Below, in pieces: positions 29,095-38,779 of a DNA stretch of 64,000 bases. The DNA is from Acidobacteriota bacterium (GTDB taxonomy: Bacteria > Acidobacteriota > UBA6911 > RPQK01 > JADFOI01). The number at the start of each line of letters is the position of its first letter. The first letter of the stretch is position 1. The notes under the pieces were generated by a model that saw only the letters and a program-made list of their open reading frames with translations, did not search any database and had not been told where the DNA came from. The DNA lies in the NCBI GenBank assembly GCA_963663035.1, contig OY760074.1, positions 2,240,001-2,304,000 of the forward strand. Direction: 5' to 3'. Made by a program: the position numbers and the translations under genes.

Positions 29095-29106
29095 CTAAGC
29101 CGCATC

Positions 29107-29496
29107 TCAGCCGGGGATCGAGTGGAGTGAGCAGTAAACACTTCCGCCCTCCACCCTGAAGCGGCCACCGTCAGGACAAGGCAGGATGGTAATGCCGTCG
29201 TTTTCCAGATCCTCGAGGGTCGGTTCTTTGCCCGGATGGGTGATGCTCCAGGTCATCAAGGCACGTTCGAGGGCCTGACGGTTCATCTGGCAAGCCATTT
29301 CCTGCCCGGCACTTTTCACCACGGTGCCGGTCTTGATCGTCTGCGTCACCCCGAACTGGTCGCTATAGCCGAAGTACAAAAGCCCGACAATCGCCAAGGC
29401 CACCAAGATAGAAATGAAGCTGAAACCTCGCTGGGACTCCACCTTGGTTTTCACTTTCACAAAAGGATTTACCACACATTTATTGTAACATTTCAA
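29107..29496 (-). CDS. Small pilin/pseudopilin-like protein
   Basis: QRG/FSFISILVALAIV class III signal-like motif and a C-terminal CP.GG...C..H. The true start is probably downstream of 29496. Confidence 0.65.
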   Translation of the reverse strand: MKCYNKCVVNPFVKVKTKVESQRGFSFISILVALAIVGLLYFGYSDQFGVTQTIKTGTVVKSAGQEMACQMNRQALERALMTWSITHPGKEPTLEDLENDGITILPCPDGGRFRVEGGSVYCSLHSIPG

Positions 29497-29560
29497 CTCC
29501 GTGCTCAGTCCTTGAGAGAGGCTGAAATCTTGGGATCTAATGGGAACTACCGAGGAATAG

Positions 29561-29588
29561 TCAGAGCCGTGGGCTTTAGCCCACGGGG
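29561..29588 (+). repeat. Single REP-like palindrome TCAGAGCCGTGGGCTTTAGCCCACGG
   Basis: Identical to the reverse complement of the unit at 17180. Confidence 0.8.
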
Positions 29589-29602
29589 CAGTCAGCCCCT
29601 CA

Positions 29603-29983
29603 CTACCATTTGTCAGCGTACTCGGAAATCACGGGAATCGTCAGCCGTTCCCCTTGGAGCGCCTTGACGATGGCGAAGAGGTGAAAGAAGAAAATAATCA
29701 ACAAGAGAAAAGGAGAGAAGCCAAAGCCGATGATGAGTCCAAGACCTGGCAGGACAGAGATGACTGCCAGAGCCACAAAGAGAGCCAGCCAGCTCAAGGT
29801 CAAAACGAGTCCGTGCTTGGCATGCCACTGTACCTCAGCATCATCTGGTTCCACCAAAAGTGGAATCAGGGCTAAAAATCCCATGTAAGCTAAAATCAAG
29901 AGCGCCGCCTGATTCAAAGGTTTCTGCTGAGGTAGCGGCGGTGAACTCTTCTGCTCTTCGGGGGCCTCAGGTGTGTCTTTCAT
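29603..29983 (-). CDS. DUF4870-like membrane protein
   Basis: LAY.G...IP...VQWHAK.G and KA..GE...IP.I pattern with three TM helices; start placed at MKDTPE. Confidence 0.75.
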   Translation of the reverse strand: MKDTPEAPEEQKSSPPLPQQKPLNQAALLILAYMGFLALIPLLVEPDDAEVQWHAKHGLVLTLSWLALFVALAVISVLPGLGLIIGFGFSPFLLLIIFFFHLFAIVKALQGERLTIPVISEYADKW

Positions 29984-30137
29984 CGTATCTACTGGTAGCC
30001 TAGCGAAAGCCCGCAAATCCGTCAATTCAGAGACGGAAGAAGCAGCGTCCTTGACCCCCTTTTCATCTCCAAGATACAATCCCCTGGCCACCATGAGTGG
30101 TTTTGTCTCAAGTCTTCCGCCGAAAAGGAGAACCACA

Positions 30138-31844
30138 ATGAAAAAGGTTGTCTGGACCGCGCCCCTTGCTCTTCTTCTCTCTGCCCTGTCGTGCAGCCCG
30201 GCTTCGGCTCCCAGCGACTCCCCCTCTGATTCAGCCCGTGTCATCGAGGTGGAGTTCCCGGGAGACCGTGGGCGGAGCGAAGAGCGCAACCCGGAGTACG
30301 AGGCCAAGTGGGACGAGTTTTACACAAGCCCACACGACAGCGGGGACACCCTGGTGATTGGCACCATCGGTGACGCTGACTCCTTACACCCGCTGACTTT
30401 GGCGACAAGGGGCGCCGATCGGATCACGGGTCTTTTGTTTCTGGGCCTGACCAGAACAAATCCGGACTTTTCCCACGCTCCCTCGCTGGCAAAGTCGTGG
30501 GAGTTCTCAGAAGACCATCTGGAACTTACCTTTCACCTGCGGGACGATGTTTTCTGGCATGACGGGGAAAAGACTACCGCTCACGACGTCAAGTTCGGCT
30601 TCGAAAAGGCTCGGAATCCTAAAATTGGTTGGTCCGCCATCAAATGGCTGCAATTCATCAAGGAGTGTCAGGTCATAGACGATTACACCGTCAAGTTCAT
30701 CTTCGAGCAGATTTATCCCTACCAACTGATGGATGCTGTTGTGGCTCCCGTCCTGCCCAAGCATATTCTGGACAGGGTGCCGGACGAGGAAATGATCAAC
30801 ACCGAGTTTAACCGCGATCCTGTGGGCAACGGACCCTTCCGCTTTAAGGAGTGGAAGCCACAGCAGTATATCGAGGTGGAGGCCAACCAGGATTTCTATG
30901 CCGGCCGGCCCCCGCTTGACCGCATTATCTTCAAAGTAGTTCCCGACCAGGAGAATCTTGTCATCCAACTCAAAAGCGGTGAGATCGACTTTATGGAGAG
31001 AGTGCCGCCCCGTTTCTTTACGGAACTCTCTCGACAGGTAGATCTGGTGGCACACACCTATTTCGGCCGCGCTTACAGCTACGTTGGCTGGAACCTCCGC
31101 AATCCTCTCTTCCAGAGCAAGAAGGTGCGGCAGGCTCTGACCATGGCCATCAACCGCCAGGAAATCATCGACTCCCTCCTCCTGGAGTTCGGTCAGATCC
31201 CTACAGGTCCAGTGCTGCCCATCATCTGGGCACACAACCCGAATCTGCCCGATTTCCCCTACGACCCGGAAAAGGCCAGGCGATACCTGGGGGAAGAAGG
31301 GTGGAGGGACACGGATGGGGACGGCTGGCTGGACAAGAACGGCAAGCGCTTTTCCTTCACTTTGAAGACCAACAAGGGCAATCAGATCCGTGAGGACATC
31401 CTGATTTTTCTTCAAGACATGTTCAAGGAGGTGGGGATCGAAGTCACACCCAACATCCTGGAGTGGACCGTATTCAGTGGGGACTTGGAAAAGAAGAACT
31501 TCGAAGCTGCCGTAGCAGGCTGGAGCGTCGCGCTCAAAATGGATATGACCACCATCTGGCACTCCAATTCCATTGACGACAAATTCAACTTCGTCTCCTA
31601 TTCCAACCCCGAATTTGACCAACTCAACGACGCCGCAATCTTTGAGAGTGACGCTGAGAAGGCCAAGGAGATGTGGTGGCGAATCCAGGAGATGATTGCC
31701 GAGGATCAACCCTACACTTTTCTCTATATGCCCAAGGACATCAATTTTGTCCACAAGCGCTTCCAAAATGTCCAGATGGAAGCGGTGGGATGGAGTTACA
31801 ACCTGAATCAGTGGTGGGCTCCCAAGGATCAGCAAAAGTACTGA
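30138..31844 (+). CDS. Peptide/nickel ABC transporter substrate-binding lipoprotein (family 5)
   Basis: AGGAG RBS, lipobox LSC, LAKSWE, F.LR.DV.WHDG...TA.DV and GNGPF motifs. Confidence 0.92.
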   Translation: MKKVVWTAPLALLLSALSCSPASAPSDSPSDSARVIEVEFPGDRGRSEERNPEYEAKWDEFYTSPHDSGDTLVIGTIGDADSLHPLTLATRGADRITGLLFLGLTRTNPDFSHAPSLAKSWEFSEDHLELTFHLRDDVFWHDGEKTTAHDVKFGFEKARNPKIGWSAIKWLQFIKECQVIDDYTVKFIFEQIYPYQLMDAVVAPVLPKHILDRVPDEEMINTEFNRDPVGNGPFRFKEWKPQQYIEVEANQDFYAGRPPLDRIIFKVVPDQENLVIQLKSGEIDFMERVPPRFFTELSRQVDLVAHTYFGRAYSYVGWNLRNPLFQSKKVRQALTMAINRQEIIDSLLLEFGQIPTGPVLPIIWAHNPNLPDFPYDPEKARRYLGEEGWRDTDGDGWLDKNGKRFSFTLKTNKGNQIREDILIFLQDMFKEVGIEVTPNILEWTVFSGDLEKKNFEAAVAGWSVALKMDMTTIWHSNSIDDKFNFVSYSNPEFDQLNDAAIFESDAEKAKEMWWRIQEMIAEDQPYTFLYMPKDINFVHKRFQNVQMEAVGWSYNLNQWWAPKDQQKY

Positions 31845-31915
31845 AGTTCTCCGGCTCAATCTCCTGAAAAACCGAGGGCAGCGGATTTTGCCGTTCGGAG
31901 AGAGTTTGGAATATG

Positions 31916-32089
31916 CCCGGAGTATGCATAGGTTCTCGTCATGAAGCGGCGAAAGCGCCGGCCTGACAAGGCGCGCGACGGAAGCCCCCGCAAACGTACT
32001 CTTGAGTACGTTGAGGAGGCTGATCGAGTGCAACGCTGGCAGGGCGGATGATTTCGCTGCTGCAGTAGAGAATTTATGCATATTCCGGG
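31916..32089. mobile_element. MITE family A copy 4
   Basis: IRs CCCGGAGTATGCATAG and rc CCCGGAATATGCATAA, with the family A core. Confidence 0.85.
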
Positions 32090-32108
32090 CAAACAGACAC
32101 GGCCCTGA

Positions 32109-33089
32109 ATGCACACCTATATCATCCGCCGTATTCTGATTTCGATCCCCCTGCTCTTCGGACTGCTCACCATCAACTTCTTTCTGATCCACGCCGCCCC
32201 GGGAGATCCGACAGATATCTTCTTCAACCCCGATATGGATCCTGAGGCCCGCGAGAACATCCGCCGCGTCTATGGACTGGACCAGCCGCTGGGTGTGCAG
32301 TATTTGAGGTACATCCAGGGCGTCGTTCTTAAATTCGAGTTCGGCTATTCCATCGCCAAGAAGCGACCGGTCAGAGACGAAATCCTGGATGCTCTCCCCA
32401 ACACCATTCAGCTCTCCGCCCTGGCCCTGCTCATCGAACTCACACTGGGAATTGCCCTGGGCATCCTGGCAGCTGTCAAACAGCAGTCCGCCTTCGACAA
32501 CGTCACCCGTGTCACGGCGCTGACCTTTTATTCGATGCCATCCTTCTACCTGGGACTCCTGCTGTTGTTTCTCTTTGCGGGCGGCGTTTCTGCCAGCCAC
32601 TGGTTCCCGGCCTCGGGAATGATCGACATCGTGCGCCATGAGTCGATGAGCACGCTTGGGCAAATCGGGGACCGAGCCATCCATATCCTCCTGCCCAGCC
32701 TGACGCTGGGAGTCGGCGCCGCCGCAGGAATCTCCCGTTACATGCGAGGAGAGCTGCTGGAGGTCATCCGCCAGGACTACATGCGCACGGCCCAGGCCAA
32801 GGGTCTGACCGAGAGAGTCGTCGTTTTCAAGCACGGTCTGCGCAACGCCCTGATGCCCATTATCACGATCGTGGGATTGAGTCTGCCCTTTCTCTTCAGC
32901 GGAGCGGTCATCGTGGAGCAGGTCTTTGGCTGGCCAGGCATGGGTCGTGTCGCGGTGGATGCGGCATTTCAGCGCGACTACTCCATGTTCCTGGCCGTCA
33001 ACCTGATCTTCGGGACCATGGTGGTACTGGGCAACCTGGTGGCGGACATCCTGTATGCGATTGTGGATCCACGAGTGAGGCTTTCCTGA
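32109..33089 (+). CDS. ABC transporter permease (OppB/DppB-like)
   Basis: YIIRR, APGDP, TA.AKGL (EAA loop) and DPRVR motifs. Confidence 0.92.
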   Translation: MHTYIIRRILISIPLLFGLLTINFFLIHAAPGDPTDIFFNPDMDPEARENIRRVYGLDQPLGVQYLRYIQGVVLKFEFGYSIAKKRPVRDEILDALPNTIQLSALALLIELTLGIALGILAAVKQQSAFDNVTRVTALTFYSMPSFYLGLLLLFLFAGGVSASHWFPASGMIDIVRHESMSTLGQIGDRAIHILLPSLTLGVGAAAGISRYMRGELLEVIRQDYMRTAQAKGLTERVVVFKHGLRNALMPIITIVGLSLPFLFSGAVIVEQVFGWPGMGRVAVDAAFQRDYSMFLAVNLIFGTMVVLGNLVADILYAIVDPRVRLS

Positions 33090-33092
33090 ATC

Positions 33093-34247
33093 ATGTCACC
33101 ATCTGACTGGCTTCCAGGTTTGGGTCATCGGCGTCTGGGCCAGCCCCTCAAGGGGGCAACGGTTCTGGGTCTCTTCGTCCTGTTTTTGGGCATCGCCGGC
33201 TGGCACGCTCCTACCATGTGGGCATCGCTCTCCCACACACTGGAGAGGCTGTGGGGAACAAACATACCCTACAATTCACGGGACCTGGATTTTCTGGTCA
33301 GTACCCTCTTTGTCCTGGGGATGCTGGTCGCCATCCCGCTCTACTCGGGCATTTCCTGCCGACGGAAGCAGCAAGCCGACCGCCTGACCCGGCTGCCTGA
33401 AAGTCAGTGGTCCATCGTCAAGCGGCAGTTCCAACGGAACCGGTTGGCCGTTGTCGGGGTAGTCATTATTCTGGCACTCTATCTGGTTGCCTTCCTATGC
33501 CCTTTTCTGGCGCCCTATGATCCGGTAGAGCAAGGCGACCGGGTGCAGGAACGCTTGCTCCCTCCCTCGCTTGATCACCTGCTGGGAACGGATCGCTTCG
33601 CGCGAGACGTGTTCAGCCGTGTCATCTATGGCTCGAGGATCTCTCTGCTGGTCGGCTTTCTGGCCATGGGCCTGGCGGTGACCATTGGAACTCTGGTGGG
33701 AGCGGTGGCCGGTTACTACGGCGGCTGGGTGGACAGCGTGATCATGCGCTTCGTAGACATGATGCTCTCCTTTCCCACGCTCATCCTGATCATCACGGTG
33801 ATCGCCCTGTGGCGGAACCAGTCCATCTGGATCATCATTACGGTCATTGGACTGATGTCGTGGATGGGAGTCGCCCGGCTGGTGCGCGGGCAGTTTCTGG
33901 CGCTCAAGGAGCGCGAGTTCTTTCAAGCGGCGCGGGCCCTGGGGGCAGGAGCCGGGCGCTTGATCTTCCGCCATTTGCTGCCCAATTCCCTGACCCCCAT
34001 CATCGTTTCGGCCACGCTGCGAGTCGGCAACACCATCCTGCTGGAGGCCTCGCTGAGCTACCTGGGTCTGGGAGTCCAGCCTCCAACTCCCAGTTGGGGA
34101 AACATCGTGTACGACACCAAGGGAAACCTCTTCACCGAGTGGTGGATGCCCCTGGTCGCGGGACTGGCGATCGTTGTGACGGTGGTGGGGTACAACCTGC
34201 TGGGCGATGGTCTGCGAGACGCCCTGGATCCGCGGCTCAGGAAGTAA
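33093..34247 (+). CDS. ABC transporter permease (OppC/DppC-like) with an N-terminal extension
   Basis: LGTD...RD, SYLGLG..PP..SWG and GDGLRDALDPR motifs. Confidence 0.92.
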   Translation: MSPSDWLPGLGHRRLGQPLKGATVLGLFVLFLGIAGWHAPTMWASLSHTLERLWGTNIPYNSRDLDFLVSTLFVLGMLVAIPLYSGISCRRKQQADRLTRLPESQWSIVKRQFQRNRLAVVGVVIILALYLVAFLCPFLAPYDPVEQGDRVQERLLPPSLDHLLGTDRFARDVFSRVIYGSRISLLVGFLAMGLAVTIGTLVGAVAGYYGGWVDSVIMRFVDMMLSFPTLILIITVIALWRNQSIWIIITVIGLMSWMGVARLVRGQFLALKEREFFQAARALGAGAGRLIFRHLLPNSLTPIIVSATLRVGNTILLEASLSYLGLGVQPPTPSWGNIVYDTKGNLFTEWWMPLVAGLAIVVTVVGYNLLGDGLRDALDPRLRK

Positions 34248-34279
34248 CACAAGTGAAGAAGTCTGCCGGAACAGCAACC

Positions 34280-35299
34280 ATGACCCAAACCCAGGACCAG
34301 AGCTCCCCTCACATGGAAGTCCGGAATTTGAAGACCTACTTCTACACTGAGGACGGCGTGGTTCGCGCGGTCGACGGTCTCAGTTACGCGCTGAGCAAGG
34401 GTGAGACAGTTGGCCTGGTAGGTGAGAGTGGGTGCGGGAAATCCGTCTCTGCCCTGTCTGTGATGCGGCTCATCGCCTCGCCCGGCAAGATCGTGGAAGG
34501 CGAAATTCTGCTGGACGGGCTCAATCTGCTCCAATGCTCCGAGCCGGAGATGCGTCAGGTGCGCGGAAACCGCATCTCGATGATCTTTCAGGAGCCCATG
34601 ACATCGCTCAATCCGGTGTTCACGATTGGCAACCAGATCATGGAGGCGATTCGCGTCCACCAGGACGTCTCCCGCAACGAGGCCCGCGATCGGACCATCG
34701 CCATGCTGGGCAAGGTGAAGATCTCGGCCGCCCAGACACGCATAGATGAATACCCGCATCAAATGTCGGGCGGAATGCGGCAGCGGGTCATGATCGCCAT
34801 GGCTCTGGCCTGCAACCCTGAGGTACTCATTGCGGATGAACCGACCACGGCCCTGGATGTGACTATCCAGGCCCAGATCATGGAGCTTCTGGCCGAATTG
34901 CAAAGCGACTTCCAGATGTCAATCCTACTGATCACCCACAACCTGGGGTTAGTGGCGGAAGTTTCAGACCACGTGGCCGTGATGTACGCCTCCAAGGTGG
35001 TCGAAAGCAGCAGCACGAGAGAGCTCTTCGCCTCGCCTCTCCACCCCTACACCCACGGCCTCTTGACCTCCGTGCCCACCCTGGGCATGTCGAAGGATCA
35101 AAAGCTGAATGTCATACCCGGCCAGGTACCCAACCCTCTACAATTCCCAGCGGGCTGTAGGTTTCACCCTCGCTGCCCGGTGGCCGAGCAGCGATGCCGG
35201 CAGGAGGAACCGCCACTTCGCCAGGTTAAGCCGGGACACTGGGCAGCCTGCCACCTAATCGAAAACGGAAAGTCCCCCATGAAGGGAGCAGAGCGGTGA
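34280..35299 (+). CDS. ABC transporter ATPase (OppD/DppD-like)
   Basis: [21 protein letters not shown] and GCRFHPRC motifs; start approximate. Confidence 0.92.
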   Translation: MTQTQDQSSPHMEVRNLKTYFYTEDGVVRAVDGLSYALSKGETVGLVGESGCGKSVSALSVMRLIASPGKIVEGEILLDGLNLLQCSEPEMRQVRGNRISMIFQEPMTSLNPVFTIGNQIMEAIRVHQDVSRNEARDRTIAMLGKVKISAAQTRIDEYPHQMSGGMRQRVMIAMALACNPEVLIADEPTTALDVTIQAQIMELLAELQSDFQMSILLITHNLGLVAEVSDHVAVMYASKVVESSSTRELFASPLHPYTHGLLTSVPTLGMSKDQKLNVIPGQVPNPLQFPAGCRFHPRCPVAEQRCRQEEPPLRQVKPGHWAACHLIENGKSPMKGAER

Positions 35300-36294
35300 G
35301 CCCACAAGCCCTGTTACGAGTGGAACACCTCAAGAACTATTTCCCGGTCCGCCAGGGAGTGTTCTCCCGCGTTGCCGCCTACGTGAAGGCAGTGGATGAT
35401 ATCTCCTTTGAAGTCGGGGCTGGTGAAACCATGGGGCTGGTGGGAGAAAGCGGCTGCGGCAAAACCACCGTGGGTCACTCGATTCTCCGCCTGATCGAGG
35501 CCACCGGGGGAACAGTGGAGTTTGGAGGAAAAGACCTCGCGAAGATGCCTGCCGTTGAGCTGCGCGCCATGCGACAGCATATGCAGATCATTTTCCAGGA
35601 TCCCTTCAGCTCGCTGAATCCCCGCATGACCGTGGGTGCAATTATCGGGGAAGCTCTGGCCATTCACGGTCGAGGCAACCGCAGGGAACGGGCCCAGAAG
35701 GTTCGTGAAACGCTGGAGAAGTGCGGCTTGAATCCAGCTTATGTCAACCGCTTCCCTCATGAGTTCTCGGGCGGCCAAAGGCAGCGCATCGGCATCGCTC
35801 GGGCACTGGTCCTGAGTCCAAAATTTATCGTCTGCGACGAACCGGTTTCCGCCCTGGACGTGTCGATCCAGTCACAGATCATCAATCTACTGGCTGACCT
35901 CAAGGAACGCTACAACCTGGCCTACCTCTTTATCGCTCACGATTTATCGGTGGTCGAATACATCAGCGATCGGGTTGCGGTAATGTATCTGGGAAAAATC
36001 GTCGAGCTGGCGGACAGCAGAGAGCTGTATGGCAACCCGCTTCACCCTTATACTCAAGCTCTGCTGTCGGCCGTGCCCGTTCCTGACCCAACCAGGCGGA
36101 AACAGCGGACGATCTTGCCTGGCGACGTCCCATCTCCACTCAACCCTCCCTCGGGATGCCGCTTTCATCCCCGCTGCCCACTGGCGGTCGATATCTGCAA
36201 GAGAGTGGAACCGCGGGAACTGGACGTGGACGGGCACAAGGTTTGGTGCCATGTCGTGGAGGAGCAAATCACGGGCTCAAAGCCTGAATCTTAG
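35296..36294 (+). CDS. ABC transporter ATPase (OppF/DppF-like)
   Basis: [16 protein letters not shown] and CDEPVSALD motifs. Confidence 0.92.
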   Translation: MSPQALLRVEHLKNYFPVRQGVFSRVAAYVKAVDDISFEVGAGETMGLVGESGCGKTTVGHSILRLIEATGGTVEFGGKDLAKMPAVELRAMRQHMQIIFQDPFSSLNPRMTVGAIIGEALAIHGRGNRRERAQKVRETLEKCGLNPAYVNRFPHEFSGGQRQRIGIARALVLSPKFIVCDEPVSALDVSIQSQIINLLADLKERYNLAYLFIAHDLSVVEYISDRVAVMYLGKIVELADSRELYGNPLHPYTQALLSAVPVPDPTRRKQRTILPGDVPSPLNPPSGCRFHPRCPLAVDICKRVEPRELDVDGHKVWCHVVEEQITGSKPES

Positions 36295-36343
36295 CCGGGA
36301 TTTCGCATGACAAATCAGAGATCTTCGGTATACTACGGCCTTC

Positions 36344-38770
36344 ATGTTTGGCCCGCACTTCTCACACCTGCTCTACTGCATCGGCGAAATGATCCGACCT
36401 GACTACGTTTCACGACCCGCAAGCGGGTACCCCTCGGCTCCTCAACGTACTCAAGAGTACGTTTGCGGGGGCCGACCCGTGGCGGGTGCCCCTCGCGCGC
36501 CAGTCGGAGCCGCAGGCTTTAGCCTGCGGGCCCGTGGGCTAAAGCCCACGGCTCTGTTTTCCGTCCCTTCCGCCGCTTCGCGACGACCTGGTGTGAGAAA
36601 TGCGGACTTTAGCGGCTGGACTCAAAAAGTACACCTGCTCCTGGGGATAGCGCTGCTGGGATGCTGGTGGACACAGGATATCTTTGGCGCCGACGAGGAG
36701 AAGACACTCACCGCGCTCTACATCACCTCTCCAATTGTGGTTGACGGAACCCTCGACGAGGCGGAGTGGAGCCTTGCACAGCCAGCCACTGATTTTATTC
36801 AGACCGAGCCCAGAGAGGGAGAACCGGCCACAGAACCCACCGAGGTACGGCTTCTTTATGACGATGAGTACCTCTATGTCGGGGTCTATTGCTTTGACTC
36901 GGCGGGTCAAGAGGGTCTCGTTGTGACCGACGTGAGAAGAGATTACCCCCCTGCTCAAACTGATCACTTCGCAATGCTGCTGGATACCTTTGACGATAAT
37001 CGCAACGGCTTTCTCTTCGGTACTAACCCGGCAGGAGCCATGCGCGAGGGTCAGATAGGAGGAGACGGTCAGACTACCAACTTTGATTGGGACGCCGTTT
37101 GGTCCGTGAAGACCAAACTCACAGACTCGGGCTGGCAGATTGAAATGGCGATTCCCTTCAAGACCTTACGCTTCCGGGACAACGAACGCCAGACTTGGGG
37201 AGTGAATTTTGTGCGACGGATTCGTCGCAAGAACGAAGACACCCACTGGACACACATTCCACGTCCTTACCGAATGAGCAGGGTCTCACTGGCGGGTGAA
37301 CTGGACGGCATTAGCGGTATCCGTCAAGGGCGTAACCTTTATTTCAAACCCTACCTCTTAGCTCCTGTCTTGCGCCGTGAAGGGGATGACATCGATTTTC
37401 TTCCCGATGCGGGTTTTGACGCCAAATACGGAGTCACTTCAGGCCTGACCCTGGATTTGACTGTCAACACCGACTTTGCCCAGGTTGAAGCGGACCAGCA
37501 ACAGATCAATTTGACTCGATTCAGCCTCTTTTTTCCCGAGAAGCGCGAGTTTTTCCTGGAAAACTCCAATATCTTTGGGTTTGGCACCCCGGCCAGAGGG
37601 TTTCGCGCTTCGCGCGACCTCATTCCTTTTTTCAGCCGCAGGATTGGCATCTCCGGAGGCGATCTGGTGCCCATCCTGGGAGGCCTCCGCCTCAGCGGAA
37701 CCGCTGGCAAATATCGTGTGGGCGTTCTTTCCATGCAGACCGATGAATTCGAAGACACTCCGACCACCAACTTTTCCGTGGCCCGGGTTCGCCGAGATCT
37801 CTTTCTCAACTCAGACATCGGTGCCATCTTTGTCAACAAACAGGTCAGCGGCGGCGAGTTTAATCGCACCTACGGCCTGGATACCAATTTGAGCTTCTTT
37901 CGATATCTGGACATTTCTTCTTTTCTGCTGAAAACCGCTACCACCGGGGAGCAAGGCAAGGATGCGGCTGGGAGTTTCCGCATCAGTTGGAATGACCGGC
38001 TGTTCGATATCCATGGTGATCATCTCTCCATCCAGGAGAACTTCAATCCCGAAGTGGGCTTTGCGCCCCGCAAAGGGATTCGAAAAAGTACAGGAACATT
38101 CACTGTTCGACCAAGACCTGGGGAGAGGATCCCCTGGATTCGGGAGTTTCGACCCAACATTGGAATTGAGTACCTGACCAACCAGGAGAACTTGCTGGAG
38201 ACTCGAATCATTACCCAAAATGTGCAGGTTTCATTTGAGAACAGCAGTAGCCTGTGGTTCACCCGCCGGGAGAACTTCGAACGTCTGGACGAAGCTTTCG
38301 AGATCCGGGATAATCAACTCATCCCGGCCGGTGACTATTCAACCACGGACTACAACTTTTCCTTTAACAGCGACAGGAGTCGCATGTTCAGAGGCAATCT
38401 CACACTCAGGACAGCTAGTTTCTGGGATGGCGAAAAGGATTCCCTCCAGCTGGGATTTGGGTTCCAGCCGGGCTACCAGTTTGGAGCCGAGGTCTCCTGG
38501 GCCCATGACGACATCTCTCTGCCCTCAGGGAACTTCAAAACCAACCTGGTAACGACACGCTGGCGCTATTCCTTCAGCCCCATTATGTTCTTGAACGCGC
38601 TGATCCAGTACAACGATACCAGAGAGGAAATTGCCAGCAACCTCCGCTTCAATTTTACCTACAAACCCCTCAGTGATTTCTTTCTGGTCTACAATGAGAG
38701 GCGCAGCACCACCGGAGAGGTCACGGAGAGGGCCTTGATCGGGAAGCTCACCTACGTCTTTGACTTCTAG
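36344..38770 (+). CDS. CBM9-like plus DUF5916-like outer-membrane protein, with an in-frame MITE near its start
   Basis: DG.LDE..W, E..IPF..LRF and N.DF.QVEAD...NL.RF..FFPEKR.FF.E motifs, and a C-terminal Phe. Confidence 0.75.
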   Translation: MFGPHFSHLLYCIGEMIRPDYVSRPASGYPSAPQRTQEYVCGGRPVAGAPRAPVGAAGFSLRARGLKPTALFSVPSAASRRPGVRNADFSGWTQKVHLLLGIALLGCWWTQDIFGADEEKTLTALYITSPIVVDGTLDEAEWSLAQPATDFIQTEPREGEPATEPTEVRLLYDDEYLYVGVYCFDSAGQEGLVVTDVRRDYPPAQTDHFAMLLDTFDDNRNGFLFGTNPAGAMREGQIGGDGQTTNFDWDAVWSVKTKLTDSGWQIEMAIPFKTLRFRDNERQTWGVNFVRRIRRKNEDTHWTHIPRPYRMSRVSLAGELDGISGIRQGRNLYFKPYLLAPVLRREGDDIDFLPDAGFDAKYGVTSGLTLDLTVNTDFAQVEADQQQINLTRFSLFFPEKREFFLENSNIFGFGTPARGFRASRDLIPFFSRRIGISGGDLVPILGGLRLSGTAGKYRVGVLSMQTDEFEDTPTTNFSVARVRRDLFLNSDIGAIFVNKQVSGGEFNRTYGLDTNLSFFRYLDISSFLLKTATTGEQGKDAAGSFRISWNDRLFDIHGDHLSIQENFNPEVGFAPRKGIRKSTGTFTVRPRPGERIPWIREFRPNIGIEYLTNQENLLETRIITQNVQVSFENSSSLWFTRRENFERLDEAFEIRDNQLIPAGDYSTTDYNFSFNSDRSRMFRGNLTLRTASFWDGEKDSLQLGFGFQPGYQFGAEVSWAHDDISLPSGNFKTNLVTTRWRYSFSPIMFLNALIQYNDTREEIASNLRFNFTYKPLSDFFLVYNERRSTTGEVTERALIGKLTYVFDF
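36352..36606. mobile_element. MITE family A copy 5 (inverted, REP-doublet subtype, 255 bp)
   Basis: Near reverse complement of 15164-15401, with IRs CCCGCACTTCTCACACC and rc TCCGCATTTCTCACACC. Confidence 0.85.
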
Positions 38771-38779
38771 TCCGGCAGG

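Noticed and set aside
31855-31915. Possible remnant of a third repeat family next to MITE A4
   Set aside because: I found no second copy or clear inverted repeat in this window.
30507-32834. 775-aa minus-strand ORF
   Set aside because: It is an antisense shadow of the SBP and permease genes that runs through a MITE and has no recognisable motifs.
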